Source: Squalus acanthias
Taxonomy: Eukaryota
Direction: 5' to 3'
Length of the DNA: 64,000 nucleotides
Assembly: GCA_030390025.1 (NCBI GenBank)
Contig: CM059432.1
Span: forward strand, 77,626,001 to 77,690,000
Below are positions 37,808 through 50,403 of the stretch, in pieces. The notes below the pieces were generated by a model. That model was not told the DNA's origin, ran no database searches, and saw nothing but the letters and a program-made list of their open reading frames with translations. How positions within the stretch are numbered: position 1 is the stretch's first letter; every line of letters begins with the position of its first letter. The translations under genes were made by a program, and so were the position numbers.

Positions 37808-38546
37808 GGGGGAAAAATTAAGTCGCACCCACTTTGGGGCGCTAACTTCGCCGGGGTGCTACTTTTAGCGCCCCGAACAAATTAGCGCCCCCGTGGCCGA
37901 AATTCATCAGTAGCGCCCCAAGAGGGAAGCGGGACTCTACTGGAAGTGCCCCGCCTCCCTCTTGGGGCGCTGCTAGGGAATATCGCGGCGCTACGTGGCG
38001 CTGCGGCACATCGCGCTGCGGTACTGCAGGCCTTCCTCTTAAAGGGGAGGGGCCTTGCGCAGCGTGACCCGGATTGAGAGTGCCGGCAAAAGAGCCCGGC
38101 ACTCAAGAGAAGTGCCCGGCTCACGGAGCGCAGCCGGCTCTCCGCGCGGGGGCTTGTCAGGAGGCCGGGGACGGCAACGGGGGCAGTTGCTGGCAGGCGG
38201 CCAGCAACAAAAATGGCCGCCTGGCACCTCGCCTTTAATTAGCGCCGCCCCGGCCGCAGGTAGGCCCCCCCTGACCCCGTCGGACATAGCGTCCGGCGGT
38301 AAGTCAGGGGGTGCTACCAAAGATCGCGGCCGGGGCGCGAGTGGGGTGCTGCGCATGGCGATGACGTCATCACCGGCGGCACAGCACCACGGGGCGCTAA
38401 CAGGTACCGCTGCCGCTAGCCTCCCGCTGAATTTCACGGGAGGCGTTGGCGTTAGTGGTGCCGCGCCCGGGCACTAGTTGCTTTGCGCCCCATTAACGCC
38501 CTCTTAGGCGCTAACGGGAGGCGCAAAGCAACCGAATTTTTAGGCC
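37808..38546. mobile_element. GC/CpG-rich Harbinger-type MITE within an old CR1 (37730-39430)
   Basis: TIR GGGGGAAAAATT / AATTTTTAGGCC; TSD TTT. Confidence 0.85.
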
Positions 38547-38878
38547 TTTGTCTCTTCACATGGTGAGTCATAGCGAGGCCTTGGTAAAGGTTCAGAGGAG
38601 GGCCACTACATTGATATCGAGTTTAAAGGCCCTTAGTTACCATGGTGGACTTAGAGAGCTAGGAATTTTTACTCTAGAAAAGCATAGACTTCAAGGAAAT
38701 GTGATTCAGGTCTTAAAAATAATGAAAGGATTAGATTTAATCCATGTGGTTAAGCTATTTGAGTTAAATAGGTTAAGGAGGCGCATGGACATGAGTATAA
38801 GCTCCATCAGCATAAAACTTGGTTAGATGTCAGGAGGTATTTCTTTTCACAGAGAGTCGTTGACCTATGGAATATGTT

Positions 38879-39057
38879 ACAAAAGCAAAATACTGCGGAT
38901 GCTGAAAATCTGAAATAAAAGCGGAAAATGCTGGAAATACTCAGCAGGTCAGGCAACATCTGTCACGAAAGGTCATCGACCTGAAACGTTAACTCTGTTT
39001 CTCTCTCCACAGATGCTGCCTGACCTGCTGAGTATTTCCAGCATTTCCTGTTTTTAT
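38879..39057. mobile_element. Mini Penelope element made only of inverted pLTR pieces
   Basis: 13-bp TSD TATGGAATATGTT (38866-38878, 39058-39070); hammerhead remnant lacks the CUGA box. Confidence 0.85.
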
Positions 39058-40288
39058 TATGGAATATGTTGTTGGTTTGGGCAGTGAGTGAGGATTCACT
39101 GCAAAAAAAGTGAGCTAGACAAGTTCCTGAATTTGGCCAACATAACTACATATTGAAAGTAGGTGGATATTAAACATGTCTCATGGTCACTGAGGTTTCC
39201 TACAACTTATTTGATCATGTTCGGTGGTCGGAGAGGAATTTTCAGGAGTTTCTTTTTCCTAAATTGTCCTAGGGTTTATTCTCTGGGATTTTTGTCTCTC
39301 CCAGGAGATTACATGGCTAGCTGGTGGGGGTTGCGGATGGAGGTCATGATGTGCATAAGCTGCGCTATGGCAGTGTGGGACAGGTTTAATGGACCAGCTG
39401 GTATTTTCCTGTCCTTCATTTTCATATGTTCATTTGGTGCTATGGAGATCTTTAGCTCCAATCCACAATATTGTGCTCTGGACTAGCCACATTGGGGAAT
39501 CAAATTGAGTTAGCCATAATGCGGCTTCAATTACCCCATTACAGGCCAGAGGCCTTCTCCCACACAGCTCTCTAGCCGTACTGATGGAGTACCCAGCAAC
39601 AGGGGAATGCTAGGAGTTGACATGGATCCGAACATCCCTGCCACCCCGTCAAATGACCTAGGGTTTATTCTCTGGGATGCTCAATGTACAAGCTCAAGCA
39701 GTTACTTCAGCCATAGCCATGAAACCTTCACATGCAGGATCATCCTCTGATCTAGCAAAGGGAAAGAAGTGACCAACTCTGAAACACTGAAACCCAGCAG
39801 CCATCCACTTCTCTTCCTTCTTCCTCTGGGGAAGCACTTAGAAGGAGCACAAGGTTAGGAACTAGAAGGCACACCCCCATACACTATGGGGAAGCACCAG
39901 GACAAAGCATATTGATCACACTATCACTATACACTGTAAGGGTTAATGAAAGTTGCATTGACTGATACTATAATGTTCTCTGACCATTCTTTTGTTCTGA
40001 GGCTTATTCAGATTTCTGGGAGAAATTAGGTTGCATTTATGGATGCTGGTGATTAGATCCTGTTTCATGTTTGCAGCAATCTGATCATTTCATTCAACAG
40101 GCAATTCTGCTCCGTCATGCTCGGCTTATTCCTTGCAGTTACCTGCATTTGTTTTCTTATCTGCTCCATTATTAGGCTCTTTTGTGAGGGAAAATTGTAG
40201 ATGACAAAGTAAGCTACAAAACCTGGAAGGTCTTAATTGATCTGTACTGTAGCACCTCCTCTCCTTCCAATCAGACCAAGCCTTGTAC

Positions 40289-40433
40289 CTCTCTTGAGCT
40301 CTTGTCCTTGAGTATCATACAGGTGTCATGAGCCATGGCAGCGAAGAATATCTTTGGTGCTCAAAGCCATTCTGGGACTCTTCTTGGCCCTACGATTAAA
40401 GCTAGCACCATTGACTGCCACAGCATAGATAAG
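40289..40433 (-). pseudogene. Candidate decayed exon
   Basis: TTTTATTAACAG| LIYAVAVNGASFNRRAKKSPRMALSTKDILRCHGS*HLYDTQGQELKR |GTACAA. Confidence 0.35.
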
Positions 40434-40956
40434 CTGTTAATAAAATGCAAGTTTCTTTCACAATTCTGTTCCTGAGGTCATGCACAAAAAGAAAGTTTTG
40501 ACCCTGTGTGCCACCATTATTTTTGAAGGGACGGACAAACCAAGAATGAAATCCTTTAGTCCAAATTGGGCCAAATTCAACTAATTGTCAATTATCCCAA
40601 AATGACTCAGTTCACTTTGAGTTCAAAATGCAATTCTTCCATCACCACTAGTATGAGATACCAGTGTAAATCGGGCAGCCAGGAGCACAAAGTGGGCAGG
40701 AACTTTATTCGGCTGAAACTCCACCCAATTTAGCGGCTGCTCCATATTCCGCCAAAGTCTCCAGGATGAATTTAGTTTGAATATTTTGAATGAATTCCAG
40801 GAATTTTCAATGCCTCTGATTGGAGGCAGGAAATGGCATGCTGCTGAAGAATTTCCGGAGTGACTCCTGCCAATGCCGGAAGCTGATTTTAATGACCGGA
40901 AGCTGCGTAGAAGCGTTCTGCACATTAATCTGGAAATTTCGATGATGTTTCTACTT

Positions 40957-41063
40957 GGCCCGCTCCCTGTTCCCAATATTTCAGCCCCGCTCCCTGTTCC
41001 TGACATTTCAGCCCCGCTCTCTGTTCCCGACATTTCAGCCCCGCTCCCTGTTCCCGAAGTTTC
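40957..41063. repeat. 27-bp tandem repeat, ~4 copies, inside a MITE-like element (~40670-41432)
   Basis: GCCCCGCTCCCTGTTCCCGACATTTCA units; explains the GTGSGAEMS repeat ORF. Confidence 0.9.
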
Positions 41064-42199
41064 TCTGTTCGCCAGAAATGCATTAAACTCAAACTGAGCC
41101 TCCAAACTTTCTCCAGAAGACATGGTGTCCACGTCATTTTATAACGTTTCATCCCAATTAAAAAGTAAACAGAACCTATACAAAATAAGCACTTCCGATA
41201 TGACTGTGACAGCCTCTTCACGGAGCAACGAACAGTCGCTGCAAACGGCTTCACAGCATATTTTCACCTAACAGTTTTTTTTAAAATCGGAACCTGCAAA
41301 AAAAACAGACTGCGCATGCACAACTACTGCCGGTCCGTTGGCAGCAGTCGCGTCCTATTTGAATATATCTTCAGCATCCTACGTTGAATTTCGTTCTCTT
41401 GATGCCTATGGCACACCTCTCAAAATGAGGCCCATTTATAAAAGAGTTCATATGCAGCTGCCAACAGGTTGAAGGGGAGTTAAAGGCCATCGCCTGAGGA
41501 TGGGTTGTAGCCTGCTGCTGAAAACTTCTGTGTCATCGTTTCTTTGTTTCTGCTTTTAACATCTTACCCTTGCTGAAAGGCTCACCATTTCTTTCACCTG
41601 GTCATTTTTTTCAGCTCAACTCCTTCAGCACAGGCAACAATGGTGTTTCCCATAGGAATTCCCTTTTCCCTCTACAATGAAGTCAAGGACCAGGGGGGTC
41701 TATGCAGGGAGGGCAGGCTGATCAAGCATCATAGGCTGCAATATGGCACCCACCATGGGTACCCATGCCTTTGTGTTTACAGTCCAAGGCAGTCGTATCT
41801 TAACCTCACCAATCAGCAATGCTTGAGAAGACTGCTTCCCTCGTGAGGTAATAATGGAGTTGTGCCACCTGCTAGCCCTGGATCTGATGCCCACCTCTAC
41901 CAGAGGCACTGCACTGTCAGTGTCAGTCAAAGTCAAAACACCACTCAACTTCAATGCCACTGGCTGCCTTCAGGCAGCATCAGGGGACATTTCCAAAATC
42001 AGATAATCAGCTGTCCACTGATGCATCCAGCAAGTAACTTACAGTTCACCATGCCATCGCTGTTCATATGTGAAAGACAGGGGTCTGGATAACTTATTGG
42101 AGATCAGGGGTACCCTCTGAGGCAGTGGCTGATGACACCGCATCATATCTTGAGGACACTTGTCTGAGTACCGATACAATGAAGTTGATGGTGTCAGCA

Positions 42200-42400
42200 G
42201 GATTGTCACAGAGCAGACAATCAGTTTTCTGAAGGCGCACTAAATTTGTCTTGGTAGATCTAGGGAAGTACTGAAGTGCAGTCCAGTCAGGGTATCTCAA
42301 ATTGTTGAGGTATGCTGCATGCTGCACCATTGACAACAGACACTAATTAATGCCCCAGCTGAGGAAGAGAAAGATGAACAAGGCCAGCAGTACAACCAGG
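42200..42400 (+). pseudogene. Harbinger (HARBI1-like) transposase C-terminal remnant
   Basis: VTEQTISFLKAH*ICLGRSREVLKCSPVRVSQIVEVCCMLHH resembles the Harbinger motif IEQTIGxLKxRFRCL...IIVxCCxLHN. Confidence 0.65.
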
Positions 42401-42414
42401 CAGTCAAAGATTTT

Positions 42415-44100
42415 TCTAGGATCATCTTGGAGGGCAGGGGCAACCTCAGACTCCTCTTTTCCATAACCAAACACCTCCTGAATCTCCTCTGCCCTGCCCC
42501 GGCACCCCTTACCTCAGACATCAAGTGCAAAGAGTTTGTGGATTTCTTTGTTACCAAGATCAAGACGATCTGGGTCAGCTGCTTCAATTCCATCCTCCCC
42601 TTCCTCTTACCCCAGGACTCAGGCCATCCAGTCTCCAGTTACTCCAGCCCTGAACTTCAGTTTTTCCACAGTTTCTCCCCAATCTTCACCCACTTTCTCC
42701 AAGTTTATCTTGTCCCTAAAACCCAGCTCTGCTCCCTCGAGCTCTATCTAACTAAATTTCTGACCACTCAAATTCCCTTCCTGTCCCATGCTAGTTGACT
42801 TTGTAAATAGTTCATTCTCCTCAGGCACTGTCTCTCTCCCCTTCAAACCACCATGGTCACGCCCTTTCTCAAAAAAACCTACTCTCGACTCGCCCATCCT
42901 CGTTAACTACCACCTCATCTTCAACCTCCCCCTCCCCCACAACTGTCTCAGACTGTTCGTAACCTTGGGATCCGTTGAACCTTGAGTTGGCTCAGTGGGT
43001 AGCACTCTCGCCACTGAGTCAGAAGGTTGTGGGTTCGGGTCCCACTCCAGAGACTTGAGCACAGAAATCTAGGCTGACACTCCAGTACAGTGCTGAGGGA
43101 GTGCTCCACTGTCGGCAGTGCCGTCTTTCAGATGAGGCATTAAACCGAGGCCCCGTCTGCTCTCTCAGGTGGATGTAAAAGATCCCATGGCACTAGTTCG
43201 AAGAAGAGCAGGGGAGTTATCCCCGGTGTCCTGGCCATTATTTATCCCTCAATCAACATAACAAAAAACAGATTATCTGGTCATTAGCACATTGCTGTTT
43301 GTGGGAGTTTGCTGTGCGCATATTGGTTGTCACATTTCCCACATTACAACAGTGACTACACTTCAGAAGTACTTCATTGGCTGTAAAGTGCTTTGGGAGG
43401 TCCTGAGGTCATGAAAGGCACTACATAAATGCAAGTTTTTCTTTTCTTTCCTTATCACAAAGACACCTTACTTCCACCTCTGCAATATTGCCCACCTCAG
43501 CCATCCACTGCTGAAGCCCTGTTCATGCCTTCGTCACCTCCAAACTCAACAACTCCAATGCTCTTCTTGCTGTCCTCCCATCCTCCATCCTCCCTAAACT
43601 CCAAGTGGTTCAAAACTCTGCTGCACATATCCAATCACCTAACATCGTTATTTTTGCTCACCTACATTAGTTCCCCCTTAAATTTTAAATTCTCAACTTT
43701 GTCTTGAAATCTCTCCATTGTATCGCCCTATTTCTGCAATCTCCTCCAGCCCTTTATTACTCCCAGAGCACTCAATTTCTCTGACTCCAGTCTTTGTGCA
43801 TTACTGCTGGCCCTTTGCTCCATTAGTGGTAGCAGAGCCTTTATCTGTCTGTCCCTACTCTCTGGCATTCCCTCCCTAAACCTTTGGGATTCACCACCTC
43901 TCTCCTCCTTCAAAAACCTTTTCAAAATCCATCTCTTTCAGCAAGCTTTTGGTCACCCTCCTATTCTCTCCCTTTCTGGCTCGGCATCTGTCCTCCTTAT
44001 GCCTACTTGTGTAGTGTTTTGGGACTTTTTTTTAAACTTTAAATGTGCTATATAAATGCAAGCAGCCATTGTTGTTGTTTTTGCTGTTGCTATTGTTGTT
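42415..44100 (+). mobile_element. Older internally deleted L2 fragment
   Basis: Homology to 7700-8230 and to the L2 3' end; TTG-rich tail at 44068-44100. Confidence 0.8.
42985..43445 (+). mobile_element. Deu-domain SINE (SacSINE1-like)
   Basis: Same head, core and tail as 15888-16470. Confidence 0.85.
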
Positions 44101-44480
44101 TAGCATGACCCTTTGAATATTGAATTCTTTTTACGTAATTTCTATTGTAGCCAAAAAACTATATCTGAACTTCCGGATTGTAAAATATTAAGAGTGCCCA
44201 ACTTCAAATGACCTCTTAGTTTGCAGTACACATTCAATTGTAATTTCTTTTCCTACATTACAACAGTGACTGCACTTCAAAAAGTACTTCATTGGCTGTA
44301 AAGCGCTTTGGGATGTCCGGTAGTCATGAAAGGCGCTATATAAGTGAAATCTTTCTTATTCCTTTTCTTTAAATTGTTAGTACAAATAACACTACAATAT
44401 CCAAAGAGTTAAATGAACAGTACATTTAGTCTGGAAAGATGAGTAATGAATTGTACTCTTGTCAACTCCTCATAGGATCA

Positions 44481-44673
44481 GAAAATGCTGGAAACACTGA
44501 GCAGGTCAGGCAGCATCTGTGGAGAGAGAACCAGAGTTAACGTTTCAGGTTGATGACCCTTCGTCAGAACTCATCGACCTGAAACTTTAACTCTGTTTCT
44601 CTGACCTGCTGACTATTTCCAGCATTTTCTGTTTTTATTTCAGATTTCCAGCATCCGCAGTATTTCGCTTTTG
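44481..44673. mobile_element. Mini Penelope element, inverted pLTR pieces
   Basis: 14-bp TSD TCCTCATAGGATCA (44467-44480, 44674-44687). Confidence 0.85.
44535..44571 (-). ncRNA. Minimal hammerhead ribozyme motif
   Basis: AGTT-CTGACGA-A-GGGTCATCAACCT-GAAA-CG-TT-AACT. Confidence 0.7.
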
Positions 44674-44689
44674 TCCTCATAGGATCATT

Positions 44690-45560
44690 TTTTTTTAAAT
44701 TTGTTTATGGGATGTGGGTGTCGTTGGCAAGGCCAGCATTTATTGCCCATCCCTAATTGCCCTTGAGAAGGTGGTGGTGAGCCACCTTCTTGAACCGCTG
44801 CAGTCCATGTGGTGAAGGTACTCCCACAGTGTTGTTAAGGAGGGAGTTCCAGGATTTTGACCCAGCGACGATGAAGGATCAGCGATATACTTCTAAGTCA
44901 GGATGGTGTGTGACTTGGAGGGGAACTTGGAGGTGGTGGTGTTCCCATGTGCCTGCTGCCCTTGTCCTTCAAGGTGGAAGAGGTCGCAGGTTTGGGAGGT
45001 GCTGCCGAAGAAGCCTTGGCGAGTTGCTGCAGTGCATCTTGTAGATGGTACACACTGCAGCCACGGTACGCTGATGGTGGAGGGAGTGAATGTTTAAGGT
45101 GGTGGATGGGGTGCCAATCAAGTGGGGTGCTTTGTCCCGGATGGTGTCGAGCTTCTTGAGTGTTGTTGGAGCTGCACTCATCCAGGCAAGTGGAGAGTAT
45201 TCCATCACACTCCTTAGTTGTGCCTTGTAGATGGTGGAAAGGCTTTGGGGAGTTAGGAGGTGAGACACTCGCCACAGAATACCTAGCCTCTGACCTGCTC
45301 TTGTTGCCACAGTATTTATGTGGCTGGTCCAGTTAAGTTTCTGGTCAATGGTGACCCCCCAGGATGTTGATGGTGGGGGATTCAGCGATGGTAATGCCGT
45401 TGAATGTCAAGGGGCGGTGGTTAGACTCTCGCTTGTTGGAGATAGTCATTGCCTGGCACTTCTGTGGCGTGAATGTTACCTGCCACTTATCAGCCCAAGC
45501 CTGAACGTCGTCCAGGTCTTGTTGCATGCGGGCATGGACTGCTTCATTATCTGAGGAGTT
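44690..45560 (-). mobile_element. 3' part of the tRNA-headed LINE family
   Basis: QQDLDDVQAWADKWQVTF; SVMEYSPLAWMSAAPTTLKKLDTI; T-run tail at 44690. Confidence 0.9.
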
Positions 45561-45616
45561 GAGAGGTTGCTTTAAGTTCTCCTTAAAATGTCTTTGATAG
45601 TTTTGGGGAAATTATT

Positions 45617-46389
45617 GGCCTGTAATTTGCGGTCAATGACGAAGCAAAGGCGTTCGCCGCTGACCCCGAAGTAAGCTTCGCGCAATGTTCTCGCGATCTC
45701 TGTTGCGAGAAGTTCGGCTTTTCCGACATGTAATTGAAATCAATGCAAGTTAATGGGGATTCCCAGCAATGACGTCAACAGGCTGTCTAATCAGCCAATC
45801 AAAACGTAGAATTCTCACAGGCAGCGAAACAGGAAGTGGGTAAGCTCCTTTGATTCTAACTTTTTTTTAAATGTTAGAGAGAGCAAAACAAAGACTGGGG
45901 CTCTCACATGGGGAAAAGGCAAACCTGAAATAAAGATGAACAAACTTTAAAAAAAATTAAACTATTTTTAAAGTTTCTTAGAAATGTTAATTTTTAATAA
46001 AATGGATAAATTTGACACTCACAAAATTAAAATTCGTTTTTAAAACCTTTGTTTAGCAGTCAATACGCTGTTAAAACCCCAGTTACACCTCATCCAAAAG
46101 GGTCTAACTTTTAGTGGGGTATTTAACAGCGGTATTACCACAGAAGAGCCAAAGTTTTCGTCAGTTTCCTTGATTTGACAGATTACAAATATTGCCGGCT
46201 CTGGGGGGGTGGTGGGGGGGGGGGGGGGGGGGGGGGGCACAATGCAACCTGTGGAGGAGCAGTGAATGGCAGACCACAACTTCAGGATCTCCGTGTTAGT
46301 CTGCGCGTGCGCTAAATCCTGAAGTTGAGGTCAGCTTCATTGGCGAAACTGGCAGCGTTCGCCGTCATCAGGACCGGAAATTCCGGGCC
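45617..46389. mobile_element. Harbinger-type MITE
   Basis: TIR GGCCTGTAATTTGCGGTC / GACCGGAAATTCCGGGCC; TSD ATT. Confidence 0.85.
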
Positions 46390-47093
46390 ATTAATATCCT
46401 GTTCTACACTGGCTGTGCATTGTTCTAATATTGATCACTGTATATAGTGTAGTGTACCGTATACTGTGATAAGTGATAGCACATCTTTGATAGCAGCATC
46501 AGGCTACTGTAGAAAAAGCTTTGTTATTTATTTTGTTCTTAATTGCACACAATGGAGATGGAAATTAAGAGGTTAATTTACATTCTGATAAAGCAATGAG
46601 TTTGAAAACAAGACAAAAACAAATCTGTGATCTGGAACTTTCAAAGCACCCACTCAGAGTGGATTAATGAGGAGTACACGTCTGTGAAATTATGTGCCCT
46701 CTCAGTCAGTAAAATGGTCCTAGTGGTGCATGACCTTGAAATGAGGTGAAGCAAACTTCACCTGATCCACAATTATGAGAACCTAATGAGGAAGGGAGAA
46801 ACCAGGGAATTGTGAAATGTCCTCAAAAATGAACGCAACAGTACATGCGTTAAAGACGAACAAATAAGATATTAGGTTACGCGATATTATACGCCTGGAA
46901 ATATGATGATAAAATTAAAAATCTTCCAAAAGGATATTGAACTGCATGCAAACCCATACAGGTAAATGAAAACCTATTCACTAAAGGAATTTGATATTTT
47001 CTTTGTTCCCAGTGTTAATAACATTTATCTGTGTGTAATTTTCTGTCAGATGAAATGTTTTTGAGAGATGATTTCCAGCCTTAGCTGCCTTAC

Positions 47094-48046
47094 ATGACAG
47101 TATTACTGAGGATTCATCAAGGGACCATCTGTCGTAGCTATGAAAGAGAGAGGGATTGGGTTAGTGTGGATAGAAGGTAAACTGCCTTTCACAGACATTC
47201 AGCAAATATTGCATTAACTATGGCCCATTTGTACATCCCTGTCGACAATCATTATTTCCATTTTTTATATTTTATTTTAAGCTATCACAGCATTAAAGGA
47301 TTTGAATCTATTCCACATTTCCATATTATTATAGATGTTCTCCCTGTTGGTAGAACTTTGGGTAAGATCTGATAATCCTACATAAATGAATATTTTCCTC
47401 ATCTCCCCATGCTTTAACAAAGAATTCTACCTTCTCTGCACTCAATTATAGCATTGCTATCAGTTCAAATTACAGAAGAGAAATATAGTGTTTAATATAT
47501 GTACAGTCTACTCTGTGCTGCTAATAACCTGTCATTTTTTAAAATTTGGATGTCATATCGTATTTCATCGCAGCAATACCAGACAGCATCACACAGACGA
47601 AAAGTTTTGGCAAATTGTGAAGAATATTCCAGATCAAACCATCAGAAGGTTAATGCAGAGCTTTTCATTTTTTCTGACCTCTTGATCCGGAATCTGACAC
47701 CTGCAAAATGAACAGCTCTCGAGCTTAAATTGTTTAACTGTAGCCTGATCAGTTTTATTATCTTGCTAATCCAGATATCAGCCATTTCATCAGAATGGAA
47801 GATATGCATATCATGAATTATTTTGACACTGAGACCTTTTAATTTTCACCAGCAATATTTCATCCCACCAATCAGGACCCAAGTCAGTGAGGCTGCTCTG
47901 TTTCTGGGGTGTCAGAGGACAGTGCACTTCTGACAGAGGCAAATCATCAGGGAGCTGTAATGAGCTATCACAGCAATTATTATTCTTTCCCATATTCATG
48001 CATTTAATTATAACTTTAGCAAGCAGAAATTTGACAACGGACACAG
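47094..48046 (-). pseudogene. Cluster of candidate decayed exons (48046-~47840, 47700-47529, 47137-47094)
   Basis: Acceptors TTCATTTTGCAG and CACTAAC...CTCTCTCTTTCATAG; donor GTAAGG. Frames ...TDLGPDWWDEILLVK, SSALTF*WFDLEYSSQFAKTFRLCDAVWYCCDEIRYDI and YDRWSLDESSVILS; the last two join in phase. Confidence 0.4.
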
Positions 48047-48430
48047 CTATACATGGGTAGTATTAAACTGATTTAATATCAAAGTCAACACTAACAACCC
48101 AGAAAGATATATATGCAGTGCTTTGAATATCCATATATAATTTTGGATATTTTTCACTGAAAGACACTGGGCCTGATTTCATGTATGTAATTAGTGTCTA
48201 CTTCTGACAGTAAATGCACTATCAAGAGTGAAACTGGCCCATACAGATCATGGATCTTCGAGGTTCAGCCCTAGTCAGTGCTGAGTTAGCTGATCTCAGC
48301 CAGGGCGGCTGTAGGGACTACTACAACTGGCCTCGGTGTTCATTGCTAGGAGAGGGAAAAGATCAGAAGGGGTTTGCAGTTCTATCCTTCTAGAAAGTAC
48401 ATTGGGTGGTCTTTAGGTGACAGTACAGTC

Positions 48431-49027
48431 AGGGTACAGTAGCATAGTGGTTATGTTACTGGACTAATAATCCACTCGGCCTGGACTAATGATCCAGAAA
48501 CGTGAGTTCAAATCCCACCACGGCAGCTGAGGAATTTAAATTCAGTTAATTAAATAAATCTGGAATTAAACTACTGGACTGTTATAAAAACTAATGCCCT
48601 TCCTTTGGGGAAGGAAATCTGCTGTCCTTACCCGGTCTGGCCTATATTTGACTCCAGACCCACAATGTGGTTGACTCTTAAATGCCCTCAGTTGTATCAA
48701 ACCACTACGACAAAGTATGATAAGAATAAAACCGGACGGACCACCCAACATTGACCTAGGCATCATGTTTGAACATAACAAAGGCACACCCATTCCAGTC
48801 GACTCTGCAAAGTCCTCCTCACGGACATTTGGGAGAGCTGTCCCACAGATTAGTCAAGCAACAGCCTGACATAGTTATACTCACAGAATCATACCTTTCG
48901 GCCAACGTCGCAGACTCCTCCATCACCATCTCTGGCTCACCACCACCACCTTCTAAAGGGCAATTAGGGATGGGCAATAAATGCTGGCCTTGCCAGTGAC
49001 GCCCACATCCCGTGAATGAATTAAAAA
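48431..49027 (+). mobile_element. Bipartite SINE-like derivative of the tRNA-headed LINE
   Basis: tRNA head, 5' UTR and EN start joined directly at ~48933 to the last ~90 bp of the LINE. Confidence 0.85.
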
Positions 49028-49633
49028 AGTAGAGTCAGACTCAGCTGTAATGCCCCCGATAGTCAAAGGGGGATAAATTCACTATCGCCCCATGTAGGGC
49101 GCTAATTTTTAAAAGTTTGAAAAGTTAGCACCAGGCGCCAACGATTTCAAACTTTTGAAAAATTCGCCGTTTGCGCGCCAAGAAGGAAGTGGAGCGCAAT
49201 TGACAGCAGGCAGGGCAGAGACTTCAGCAGCGCTGCACACTGGGCCGTGCAGCGCTGCCACGTTCAAAGGCTCCTTCCCTCCCTTAAAGGGAAGGGCCAT
49301 CGCTGCAGGGTCTGCAATAGAAAAAGTATCTACCTGGACCACCAAGGCAGCCGTGATCAAGCCCCATTTCACATCCTTAGATATAGAAGTTGTCGCAGAG
49401 GTTAGGGCGGTGGGGGGTTTACCAATGTAACACCTTTGTTTAAATATGCAGAAGTGGATAAACCAGATAACTATTGACTAGTCGGCCTAACATCAATAAT
49501 GGGTAAGATTCTAGATGACTAAATACAGGATAAAATCAATACGCACTAAGAAGGAAATGGGTTAACTTAGCATGGATTTGTAAAAGGTAAGTTGTGTCTG
49601 ACATTTTTTATAGATCTTTGAGGAAAACACAGA

Positions 49634-50403
49634 AGGGGAGAAATTCGGTATAGCCCCGTTTGGGGCGCTAAAACTTTAAAAGTTGAGAAATTAGCAGCAG
49701 GTGCTAATCATTCTCGCCTCCTGTGAAATTCAGTTTTAGTGCTCCAAGAGGGAAGTGGAGCGCTAAATCAAGCGCTAACCACTTCTCTTAGGGCGCTAAA
49801 GTCCGAGAGCGGGGCGGTAGCGGCAGAGTGCTAAACAATTTCGAGCGCATTGTGAACGGCATTCTTTCATCACAGAGGTTGCTTCCCTCGCTTAAGGGGA
49901 AGGGCCAGTGATGCTGCACAAGCTAGTTGTCATCAGTTCTGTTTTGCAAGGTGACCTGGGCGACTGCCATTACAGCCCCAAACACTCTCACAAAGTGGGG
50001 GGCTTGGACATCTTGCACCAATGAAAAATTAAAAACTTTGGTCAGGCACCAGACTGGTGCAAATAATAAAGGTTGCGCGAGCTGAAAAGCATTCCCTTTA
50101 ATTACCACTCCCGAAGCGGCCAGCCGAGATCACAATGCCTCCTCTTGCTGGCATTGTCAGCGCGAGGCAATAAAGCAGGGAGCGCGAGTGAATTTTCCAT
50201 CCAGGGTGATAACGGGGTGCTGTGCACTTTATGACGTCATGATCTGCGAGGCGCTAGAGGCCCAGGCGCTAAGAGTTAACTGGCACTGAAGTTCGTGGGC
50301 GTCGCTGCATTCGCCGTGCCTGGGCACTAACCCCTTAGTGTCCCGTTAGCGCCCCCGCCAGGTGCTAATAGGAGGCGCTAACATATCGAATATCTAGCCC
50401 TCT
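49634..50403. mobile_element. GC-rich Harbinger-type MITE within an old CR1 RT fragment
   Basis: Left TIR AGGGGAGAAATTCGG; AGA flanks; the host CR1 frame (DVVYMDF) resumes. Partial copy at ~49066-49400. Confidence 0.8.

Noticed and set aside
37842..38477. Overlapping GC-rich ORFs or a CpG-island promoter
   Set aside because: Entirely inside a TIR/TSD-bounded MITE; the lack of stops follows from GC content.
40623..41254. ORF with GTGSGAEMS repeats
   Set aside because: Produced by a 27-bp tandem repeat inside a non-coding element.
46204..46238. Long G-run as a functional G-quadruplex
   Set aside because: Homopolymer expansion inside a MITE; such runs are error-prone in assemblies and there is no other support.
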